A DNA stretch of 64,000 bases. It comes from Bilabrum cf. latius (Eukaryota). Under the pieces are notes generated by a model. The model did not search any database and was not told the origin of the DNA. It saw nothing but the letters and a program-made list of their open reading frames with translations. A program made the translations under genes and the position numbers. Below are positions 1-9,913 of this stretch, piece after piece. The stretch covers positions 496,001-560,000 of the forward strand of contig OZ237769.1 of the NCBI GenBank assembly GCA_965178125.1, given 5' to 3'. Numbering within the stretch: the stretch's first letter is position 1; every line of letters begins with the position of its first letter.

Positions 1-487
1 GCAGCAGCGGCCCGAGGCGCAGTCCCGTGGGCGGGCGGCAGAGAGCCCGCACGAGTCCATGCACGAGTGCCCGTGGTGCCAGCGGAAGCACCAGGGACAC
101 ACGGCTCGGGAGCGGCGACTCCATCTCCCCAGCCACAGCCAGCCGCAGTCTCTCGCGAGGGACACTGCGGGTGAGGGGCCAGCACACGATCGGAGGAACG
201 GAGGGTTCCGTAGCAGGGTATTATGGCAGCGATTGATATACATGTGGAATGAATAATTGTAAACGATGCGAAGATTCTTCTATGGAGCCGAACACCCAGA
301 CGAGGAAGAATCAAACTCCTGCTCGCCAAAGCGCCGCCGCCCTCTCCACACCGCACTCGTTCCCCCCAACCCTGCGCGAGAGTCCCTAGCTTGCACGCAT
401 ATGACTCAACACTATGCCTGCTCGCCCCAGCATGCCAGGACCAGCCGCTAGACGACACCCCGCCGCCACACCTATCCTAGCAGCAGC

Positions 488-1417
488 TCAGTACAGGCTC
501 TTCTTGGCCTGCTCTGCGCGCATCTTCTCCTCACGGATGCGCAGCTTCTCCTGGGTCTTGAGGCCCATGATGCCGCCACCGAACTTGCGGCGCGAGTCGG
601 TGTTGTTGTTGAACTTGGCCATGGCCATCTCCTTCACCTCCTCCAGTGCAGCAACGTCTCCCTCGTCCACCCTAGTGAAGCAAGCAACGGTGGTGGTCTT
701 CTGCTTGCCGCAGAACTCACCAAGGCGCGACTTGTTGTTGAAGATCACGTACGGGACGTCCATCTTGCGGCACAAGGCGGGCAGCCAGATCACGAGCTCG
801 ATGGGCTCCACATCGGCGGCGATCACAACCAGCTGAGCCTTCTTCTGCTCGATCAGGGTGGTCACATGCTTCAATCCGTACTTGATGAAGTTCTTGTACT
901 CCATCGTGCCGTTGCCGGTGCCGGCAGCCTTGGCGTCCGCGGCCTCCTTCATGCGGGCAGCCTTCTCGGCGCGGGTCTCTGCCTGGTACTTGGTCAGCAG
1001 CTTGACCAGACCGCGAGCCTCGGCCTTGTCAAGGGCCATACGGAACTGGTTCACAGACGGGGGAGTGCGCAGGCGCTGCTTGAGTACCTTCCGCTGGCGC
1101 TGCACCCTGATGTACCTAGGCCAGCGCACGAAGCGGCCGAGGTCGCGCTCGGGCTGCACATCGCCACCGATCCGGAAGTTCTTCGGGCGAGAAGGGAACA
1201 GGGCACTGCCTGCCTTCTTGCTCTTGCCGGTGCGCGCACGGGAGGACTGCAACGTGAAACCAATCAGGTGAAAAAGCATCGAACATTGAAGTGCAAGAGC
1301 GAACCGGGACGATATCACTGAATCCAATGATACTACAGGCACACAAGAGCAATGGGAGATTTTATGCATTATCTAGATATACCAAAAAGGGTAACATGCG
1401 CCGTTGAGGCTCACCAT
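488..1417 (-). CDS. RPL7A: 60S ribosomal protein L7a (eL8); exon 1 is the ATG alone (1417-1415), intron 1414-1247, exon 2 1246-488
   Basis: Translation has PKNFRIGGDVQPERDLGRFVRWPRYIRVQRQR and KKAQLVVIAADVEPIELVIWLPALCRKMDVPY, both typical of eL8. ATG|GTGAGC donor, GTTGCAG acceptor, TGA stop, no in-frame TAG. Confidence 0.96.
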
Positions 1418-1558
1418 AGCTCCGAAACAACCTTTTGTTAGCTGGTGGTGCTTCCATTGGCAACGATCGGATCATAACTCCGAATCATCACTGTACAATG
1501 ACCCTATTTGCAATTCTGGGCATTGGACAATCTTCCAGTTGACACTGAATACAGGACC
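1418..1558. promoter_or_regulatory. Putative bidirectional promoter/5'UTR region between RPL7A and the TOM22-like gene
   Basis: Only ~140 bp of lower-GC DNA separate two divergent start codons. Confidence 0.55.
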
Positions 1559-2180
1559 ATGGAAAGTACTTAGATGATTGCTGCGAGATAGGCTGGCGTA
1601 AAGGTTCAAGATTTACCCAAGGAAAAAGATGCTAAGGATGGTTTGTCGGTGAGTTGCACTATGGTCCAAGTTCCCCTGCGTTCTGAGTCGCTTGCAGCCT
1701 GTTGGCCGCAGTACGCGAGCTAATTTGTTACAAACACTCATAAATATCGTGCAGGGATGGGTGGATTGGGCTGTAGAATCGTATGACTATGTATACAAAC
1801 AGTCGCAACCGGTGAGGCTATTTCTTCGATTCTGGCCAAAGCAATTGCCTGAGTTTTCCATTGAAGTATGCGTAGAGTGCCTTTTGAAATACCATGTACT
1901 GTGCTCGCAGTGGCTTGGATACGGATAGAAGGCAGCCGGCTTTGCGATTGCGGCTGTGTTGCTGGTCGGCGTTCCGGTCATGCTTGAGAGTTCCCGAGAA
2001 GCATTGTTAGAGCACGAGAAGGCAAGACCAGCCATGCAGCGAGCAATGGAGGAGGATTTCCAGCGCAAGGCCATGGCCCAGCAGGAAGCGATGATGGCAG
2101 AGGCTAACCCGCTCAACATGGTCAAGGGCATCTTTGGCGGAGGAGGCAGCGGCGGCGGGGAGGCGGCCCCTCCTAAGTGA
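1559..2180 (+). CDS. TOM22: Mitochondrial import receptor TOM22-like; exons 1559-1648, 1755-1811, 1911-2180; in-frame TAG at 1571, 1589, 1926
   Basis: Spliced product has ...WLGYG(TAG)KAAGFAIAAVLLVGVPVMLESSRE..., resembling the Tom22/Tom9 transmembrane segment (G-K-A-A...V-V-P...E..RE) followed by a Gln/Met-rich tail. Introns are GTGAG..GCAG, stop is TGA. Start could be 1559 or 1574. Confidence 0.72.
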
Positions 2181-2709
2181 GCAAGGGAAGAGAGAGAGGT
2201 AATAGCAGAATAAAAGGATGAAGATAGGGATGCGATTCGTGTGCACAGCATATACAGGGATTCAATTCGTGTCTGTAGACCACATCACTTTGTGCCCACC
2301 CACTGGCACAGCCATTCGCCCGCCCCGCGCACAGAGAGCTATGCCCGTTCCACAACCAAGAGCTTCATCCGCCGAGTGACAACGGTTTTACTGCTCTGCG
2401 CGCTGTCCTGAACGCCCTGCCTAGCAGTCAGCCTTTCCTTGCTGCACAGCCCCGAGCATGACCGGCAGGTGCACGAGATTCAGAGCAAGCACCACCCGTC
2501 AACGCGGCAACACGGGCCTGGTACGAGAGATGGTAGACTGTGCTTAATGTATGTTAGGATACTCATTTCGTCCGGCAACTGCAGTTTCTGTGTACTAATG
2601 TGTGATGAGTGACACACGGGTCCTCGGGAACCTTCGGGCGTTGCCGCGCGTGCCACCGCGCGCAAGCGTGCGTGGGCAAACTCACCTAGAACAAGAGGTT
2701 TGCGAGTCC

Positions 2710-3901
2710 ATGGCAGCAATTGCACACCGGCAGGATGGTGCAATCAAAGATTCTCTGTACTACATGCTCGCCGAAACGTTTTACGACCTAGATCGGCTCC
2801 ATGGAGACGGGGACGGCGAGATTTCCATTGACGAGATGGAGCGGTATCCCGGTATTTCTCGGTTTGAAGCAGCCCAGCTATTCCGAGAAATGGACTTAGA
2901 CGGCAACGGATCAATTTCGTTAGAAGAGTTCTTACGAGTCCTGCTGCCTCGGATGCTCACCACCACAGGGGCAGAGCCCCCGGATTTGGACAACCTCACC
3001 ATCGAGACGACCACCAAGCTGCAAGAGGCGAGCAGACTGTTCTGTGGCGCCAGTAGCGGCGAGGCGCCAACAGTGGACAGCGCGATCAAAATGTTTCGAA
3101 GGCTCGACCGAGACGGCAACATGGTTCTGGATTCCGAAGAGCTCAAGGCGGGCTTGCGAGCAGTGGGCGCTGACGGCGAGTCGTTCTTGCGAGTGGTCGA
3201 CCGGAATAGGGATGGTGAAGTGAGTTTTGGAAGCTTTTCGGTGACATATTGCTCTAGAATACTAGCTAATGGGCCCTAACTCTAGAAGGAAGGGAGGGAG
3301 CAGGTATGCGCCGCCCAGCAAGCTCGGTCCCCTCAGGCTGGGACTCGACAGCGCGCAGTCATGCACTGGCAGGTCTGCATGGGGCACCGACCCTGCCACA
3401 ACTCGTGTGGACACGCGTTTCATCGCTCGATCCCCGCTTCTTGCCCTCCCCCCGCAGGTGTCTCTAGACGAGTTCCTGACGGTCCTGCTCGAGGTCACAT
3501 ATGGCCCCGTGGTGCCTGCTACTAGCAGAGGCAGAGCGCCTGAGCCCGGCAGGACCTACGGAGCGTGGGACTCTCGGCGTGCGACTGCGCCCGCCGGCGG
3601 GCATGGACCACTGGCAGGAGCATCGGGGAGCGGCGCACATCGAGCCATGCCGCCGCATGGGGCTGGGTTGGGTGGAGCTGGGACTCGGGCGGGTGCTGCC
3701 TCGTCGGGCGGGAGCTCCCATTCGCATGGGCTCGGGGCCTACCCAGGCCCACCCGGGGCGGTCCCCGATAGTACAGGTGGCATCGGCGGCGTTGGATTGT
3801 ATCCGCCACCAGCAGGTCTCGGTGGTGGCTCGTACTCGTCAGCGGGGGCAGGCGAAGGCAAACCAGCCAGCAACAAGGACAAGAAATGCATTGTATCTTG
3901 A
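2710..3901 (+). CDS. Calmodulin-like 4-EF-hand protein with a Gly/Ala-rich tail and C-terminal CaaX motif; exons 2710-3219, 3458-3901
   Basis: EF loops GDGDGEISIDEM, DLDGNGSISLEEF, DRDGNMVLDSEEL and DRNRDGE|VSLDEF (the last is restored by removing the GTGAGT..CCGCAG intron). Ends KDKKCIVS-TGA. Confidence 0.85.
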
Positions 3902-3966
3902 GCTTTAATGTCTCCAAGGGCAGAACTGCCCGTGGGTGTAACTAATGTTGAACTGCATACAAACCA

Positions 3967-6586
3967 AACAAGAGGGAAAGGACCTAAGCCCGCCCCCCAT
4001 GGGTTTGTAGATGGGAGTGGGTGGCGGGCCGGGTAGCGGGAGTGGAGAGCTGCCGTCGCGTGCCGGGGGGTCGCAGCCAGGCGCCAGCGATGCCGATGGT
4101 CGCAAGCAGGAGAGCGTCAGGCACAATGGGCGTGCCCGCCACGATGGAGGCAATGCAGAGTCAGGAGATGCATGAGAGCCGTAGGATGCCACTGGCTGCC
4201 GCCGTGGCGCTACGCGGTGCTGCTGATGGGGTGCTGGAGGCGCTAGTTCGCAGATGTCAGCATTGAATGAGCTCACGAGGTACAGAACGCCTGCCGGCGG
4301 TCGGCGGCGGCGATGCAATTTGCCATGAATAGCTTCATAGAGTCCATTGTGCCGGCGCGTCGTCGTCTTCCTGAAGCTTGGATTGCTCCCGCGGTCGGAT
4401 TCAGCAGCGGCAAGGCGGAGGGAGGGCGAGCCGGCCGCTTGGAGCCCTCCCTCCCCGATCAAAGCAGCAGCACACGCAGGCAATCGAATCTATGTCTTAC
4501 TTGATTTTGTTTAAAGCGCTCTTGCATCTGCGATGGGAACTGACTGGAGCGTGGACGCGTTGTGCCTCGAGGCTCGTGGCGTTGGAAGCTGCCGTTGGTC
4601 CGCTCACTCGACTCACCAATGCTCTGACGCCTATCACGCCATGGAATTGCATGTTTGGTATTCAATCAAGTAATATTTCGTTGCTCGTTGCATGGATGCT
4701 GCGGGGATTGGGCTCACGATTGGAGATGACAGCGTTTGCGCGCCACCTCAGTGCTCCTCCAGAGCCGGGCACGACATGGGCCGCCGATCGGCTAGCAGAA
4801 ATCATGATGTTATAATGCAAATCAAACAATGTTGTCGCTTACCGGCGCATTCGAGGGGTGGAATGAATCGGATCGAGTGGAGCGCGAAAGGGATCGGATC
4901 AGGGCGCGGCAGGGAGGAGTTTATCCGGGCGCGCGAATCCCTAAGGCTTTTTGTTTCGAGGGTGCATGGAAATTCCACCGGCAGCGTTTCATTTAACTGC
5001 TATCGGAGCGTAGCAATAAGCATGGAATAAGCGATCCCTTGCGTTTTAGTCGAGATACTTTTCGAAACGTGGTAGCCGAACGGACAACTCGGGGTGGCAG
5101 GCACTTCCCGCCGCCGCTCGCGCCCCGCGCGATTGCGATGGCGGCGCGCGCGCACATTCTGTATGATAGTAATGAACTAAACTAAGTTCTCCGCCCCGCG
5201 CCGGAGCGGGCCCCGGCCCGCAAGCCCCCGATCCCAGATCCCGCCCCGACTCGTTCTAATATTACTATTTATGTTAACAAGAGGGAAAGGACCTAAGCCC
5301 GCCCCCCATGGGTTCGGAGATGGGAGTGGGTGGCGGGCCGGGTAGCGGGAGTGGCGAGCTGCCGTCGCGTGCCGGGCGGTCGCAGCCTGCCGCCAGCGAT
5401 GATGATGGTCGCAAGCAGGGGAGCGTCAGGCACAATGGGCGTGCCCGCCACGATGGAGGCAACGCAGAGTTAGGAGATGCAGGTGAGCCGTGAGATGCAA
5501 CTGGCTGCCGCCGTGGTGCTTCGCGGTGCTGCTGCCGGGGTGCTGGAGGGCGGTAGCTCGCAGATGTCAGCATTACATGAGCTCACGAGGCACTGAACGC
5601 CTGCCGGCGGTCGGCGGCGGCGATGCAATTTGCCATGAATAGCTCCATAGAGTCCATTGTGCCGGCGCGTCGTCGTCTCCCTGAAGCCTGGATCGCTCCC
5701 GCGGTCGGATTCAGCAGCGGCGGGGCGGAGGGAGGGCGAGCCGGCCGCTTGGAGCCCTCCCTCCCCGATCAAAGCAGCAGCGCACGCGGGCAATCGAATC
5801 TATTTCTTACTTGATTTTGTTTTAAAGCGCTGTTGCATCTGCGATAGGAGCTGACTGGAGCGCGGACGCGTTGTGCCTCGAGGCTCGTGGCGTTGGAAGC
5901 TGCTGTTGGTCCGCTCACTCGACTCATCGATGCTATCACGCCTATCTCACCATGGAATTGCGTGTTTGGTATTCAATCAAGTAAGATTCCGTTGCTCGTG
6001 GCATGGATGCTGCGGGGATTGAGCTTGCGGTTGGAGATGACAGCATTTGCGCGCCACCTCAGTGCTTCTCCAGAGCCGGGCACGACATTGCCAGCCGATC
6101 GGCCAGCAGAAACCATGATGTTATAATGCAAATACAACAATCTATTGGCTTACCGGCGCATTCGAGGGGTGGAATGAATCGGATCGAGTGGAGCGCGAGA
6201 AGGATCGGATCAGGGCGCGGCAGGGAGGAGTTTATCCGGGCGCGCGAATCCCTAAGGCTTTTTGTTTCGTGGGAGAATCCAACAGGCACCGAGGGCTACC
6301 TTATTCCTTTATTGATGATCATACTAATTGGTCAGGGATAAGCGATCCCTTGCGTTTTAGTCGAGATACTTTCCGAAACGCGGCAGCCGAACGGACAACT
6401 CGGGGTGGCAGGCACTTCCCGCCGCAGCTCGCGCCCCGCCAGATTGCGATGGCGGCGCGCGCGCCCGTTGAATGTTATCTTGTAGAACTAAACTAAGTTC
6501 TCCGCTCGGTGCGGGAGCGGGCCAGGGCCCGCAAGCCCCCGATCCCGGATCCCGCCCCGACGCACCCTAAAATTACTGTTTATGTT
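3967..6586. repeat. Direct tandem duplication of a ~1.31-kb non-coding unit (copy 1 3967-5275, copy 2 5276-6586)
   Basis: Both copies begin AACAAGAGGGAAAGGACCTAAGCCCGCCCCCCATGGG and end ATTACT(A/G)TTTATGTT, with an offset of 1309-1311. Identity is roughly 85-90% by eye. Frame-breaking indels between the copies argue against a conserved ORF. Confidence 0.95.
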
Positions 6587-6663
6587 AATGTTAACAGCAC
6601 GTCACTAAGGTAGTGTTCCGGGCGGCGCTCGCGATTTGCACCCCAAGGCTCCCCTTGCAGGGA

Positions 6664-9173
6664 ATGCGAATACCCGCAGTACTGTTATGTTTATCGAGTA
6701 TAGCACTTGGGAAGCCCGGCGTGGTGCACGTTTAGCTCGGAAAGGCGTACCGGCAAGAGCGACCAGTGATCCGCTCGCGCACCCGGTTTCTGATCGGCCG
6801 TGAGGGCCATTCAGACAGCCGAGAGCTCGCAGAAGGAACATCTGAAAGCGTCCCTATATATGGAGACTTTAAATCGCTTGCGTGAGCAACTAAGTGGAAG
6901 ATGTGCGGCAGTTTGCCCCCTTGTGACTGCGAATCAGGTGCCTCCAATTGTGCCATCGTGTCACGCGCTTCCCTGTTCGCAGGTATTACTACGCGGATCT
7001 GTACTTAGGGACGGATAAACCCCAGAAGGTATCGGTCATCACGGATACAGGGTCGAGCCTGACCGCGTTTCCATGTGCGAACACGTGCCTGCCGGGCAAG
7101 TGCGGTCCCCACCAGAACGACAAGTTCGACTGCTCTAAGAGTTCCACTTGCCAGAAGAAGCACTGCTCAACAAGCTCCCAGTGCACGTACCGCTAGTCGT
7201 ACACTGAGGGCTCCCACCTGTACGGGGACATGTACACGGACCAAGCCTTCCTGGCCCCCCAGCAGGGGGACATTAGCGCCTACCAGCAGCTGGCCATCCC
7301 CTTCGAGTTCGGGTGCCACACGCAGGAGGGGGGGATGTTCACTTCACAGCTGGCGGACGGGATCATGGGCCTGGGGCAGGGCAGCAAGTCCTACACGGTG
7401 CACCTGTGGAAGAGCGGCATGCTCGCGTCGAACGTGTTCTCCCTGTGCTTCCACATGGATGGGGGGGCCATGTCCCTGGGGGGGTACGACCCCCGGCTGC
7501 ACGGGGGCAAGGACCAGGGGGGCGCGGGCCTCCAGTGGGCGAAGAACCCAGCCCCCAGCAGCGCCTTCTACCGCATCTAGGTCAAGGACATTCGGCTGGA
7601 CGGCGCCTCGGTGGGGTCCGCCAACCGCCTCAACCAGGGCCAGGGGTCCATCGTGGACTCCGGCACCACGTTCACCTACCTTCCCTCCCCGGTGTTCACG
7701 GCACTGAAGAAGAAATTACAGGCGTGGTGCAGCGCGGAGGGGGGCAGGTGCAAGGGCACGTCAGGCAGCGTGGAGGGGGAGTCGCTGTGCTGGCGGCTGA
7801 GCTCTCCCGCCGACCTGTCCACCTTCCCCTCCATGCAGATCGTGTTGGAGGGGCATGCAGGCGGGGCGGACGTGGTGGTGGATGTCAAGCCCGAGCACTG
7901 GATCATCAAGATGGACTGGGACGGGGCCTACTCGTGCATCGGGACCTACAGCAACGGGGGCGACGGCACGGTGCTGGGGGCCAACTCGATGCAGGGGTAT
8001 GACGTGGTTTTTGACAGGGCCGTGGGCAGGATCGGGTTTGCGCAGTCGGACTGCAAGCCGTCTGCCATGGGCCCGCAGCAAGACGGGGAAGACTCGTCCT
8101 CTCCGTCGCCGTCTCCTGAAGCAGACGTGAGTCCAGCGCGCGATGCCAGCCCTGCCGCCAGCACTGGGCCGGCTCCCACCTCAAGCTCGGCCGCGGGCCC
8201 AGGCGCCTCCCCTTCCCCCTCCCCTTTTAAGACCGGCAAGGACGAGGGCGAGGGCGCAGAGGGGCCTCTTCCAGGCGCCTCGCCCACTGCCTCGCTTGCC
8301 CCCACCGCGTCGCCTGCTTCCGGTATCCCGGCCCTGTCACCGCTGCCTTCCACGTTGCCCGCCCCGCAGGAGACGGGCGGCGTGGACGTGGGCGATGGCA
8401 CTGGGAGTGGGACCGGCACTGGGGGCGGCGGGGTCACGTTCGTGGCTGGGATGTTCGTGGGGGGGCTGGTGGTGGCGATGCTGGGGTTCGCGGGATTCGT
8501 GGCGCTGGCTCGGTTCGGGGGCGGGTTTGCGGTGCAGGTGGCTGGGGTGGAGGTTCGTGCTGGGAGGGGGCTGGGGGTGGGGGTGGGGGTGGGGGGCAAT
8601 GGGGGGTATGACCGTGTGGGGGGGCAGCGGGGGGCCGGTAGGGCGGCGGTGGGTCCGCTTGACGAAGAGGACGAGGTGTCGAGCGAGGTCGAGGCTAGTG
8701 ATGGCGATGTTGATGTCGATGCAGTGGATGGAGGACTAGGCAGGGGTGCGGCGGGTGTACCAGGCGCTTCTGCCTCCTCTGTGGGGAGAGGGACCTCTCG
8801 GCGGTATGTGGCGGAGGGTGTTCCATCGGGGCCCAGGCAGGAGGGCGGGGGTGGCAGGACCCCGCCTGCGTATTCTGACGTGGTGCGGAATAGGCAGGAG
8901 GGCCGAGGGGCCGACGAGGGCGTGCTGCTGGTGGGTGGGGGCAGGGGCATGGCAATGGACGACGGCGGGACCGACCCTCTGGGATCGGGCAGCAGCAGCA
9001 GCAGCGGGGACGAGGGTGGGCATGCCAACAGGGAGGGAAATGACGAGTAGGACGAGGACGAGGACAGCGGGTCTATTGGGGTGCCGGAGGGGGGACTCGA
9101 GGCAGCGGTGCGGGAGGCCGAGGCAGATGTGGAGGCTGGGCTGGAGGCGGCGGAGCGTGGGGAGAGAAGCTGA
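6664..9173 (+). CDS. Type-I membrane A1 aspartic protease, plasmepsin-V/ASP5-like; exons 6664-6881, 6983-9173; in-frame TAG at 6733, 7194, 7578, 9048
   Basis: Signal peptide MRIPAVLLCLSSIALG; IYGDFKSLAYYYADLYLGT..VITDTGSSLTAFPC; CTYR(TAG)SYTEGS; FGCHTQEGGMFTSQLADGIMGLG; second catalytic motif IVDSGTTFTYLP; VLGANSM..YDVVFDR..GRIGFAQSDC; Ser/Pro linker, TM helix, acidic tail; TGA at 9171-9173. Confidence 0.93.
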
Positions 9174-9419
9174 AGCGAGTCGTTCAATCGTGCTTTTTCT
9201 TCTTCTTTGCTTGCAGCTCATCATCAGGGTACGTGACACTCTCTTCAGGGACATCGTTCCCTTTCCCAAAATCAATTGGAATCTTGCCAAGGCGCCTTTC
9301 GTGTACCGCATCATACTTTGAGGCTCGTATCGCGTAAGACTCGAGCCATTTGTCCAACGCATACGTATCCATACTCGTAGGTTGAACGTGCTGCACGTGC
9401 TAGGTCGCATTGAAATTGC

Positions 9420-9878
9420 TCACCGGCCGGGCGGCGGCGAGAAGATCCCTCGCACAGACCCGGCCCGGCCATCGGGCCCAGGCGGGCTGAACACCCCAGG
9501 TGCAGTCTGAGGCGCGGCCCCCAGCGCCTCCGCGAAGTGTCTCTGCTCCTTGGGCCTGCTCAGGCTCGTGGCCACGGCCTTGACATACCCCGCGTCCAGC
9601 CCGCTGCCCTTGGCCTCCCCCGCCCTGGCCCTGTGGAAGAACCGCCGGAGCACCTCCTCGGCGGTGTGCCCCTGCATGGGGTGCACCTGGGCCCAGTCCT
9701 GCACGCTCTCGGCGCGGTGCATGCGGTACGCAGACATGCCCCCCTCCTCCTCGTCCTCGTCATCCTCGTCGTCCATGGCCAGGGCAGCCTGCATGAAGGC
9801 CTCCCCGCCCCCGTACATGGCCCCCTACAGAGCAGCCACCTGCTCGTCGGTCTCCGGCATCGGGGCGAACGGACTGCC

Positions 9879-9913
<35 letters not shown>

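Noticed and set aside
1-256. Possible 3' end of an upstream plus-strand gene
   Set aside because: The sequence is GC-rich and open in several frames, but has no recognisable motif, so the frame cannot be assigned.
1247-1414. Intronic box C/D snoRNA in the RPL7A intron
   Set aside because: A CTGA is present near the 3' end, but there is no canonical RUGAUGA box C or terminal stem.
4837-4958. Conserved block as a tRNA (suppressor), U1/U2 snRNA, 5S rRNA or telomerase RNA
   Set aside because: It has no GTTC T-loop or cloverleaf, does not match the snRNA or 5S sequences I know, and contains only a single CCCTAA. I saw no tRNA gene anywhere in the window.
3905-6496. ORFs inside the tandem repeat
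   Set aside because: Indels of 1-2 nt between the copies break the frames and no domain is recognisable.
3967-6586. CRISPR array
   Set aside because: There are only two 1.3-kb units, no short repeat-spacer periodicity and no cas genes, and the context is eukaryotic.
9040-9065. TAG inside an acidic run (NDE-TAG-DEDED), suggesting UAG=Glu
   Set aside because: It is a single low-complexity instance reachable by one substitution from GAG. Two polyQ tracts and a conserved Gln column favour Gln, although proteomics is needed to exclude Glu formally.
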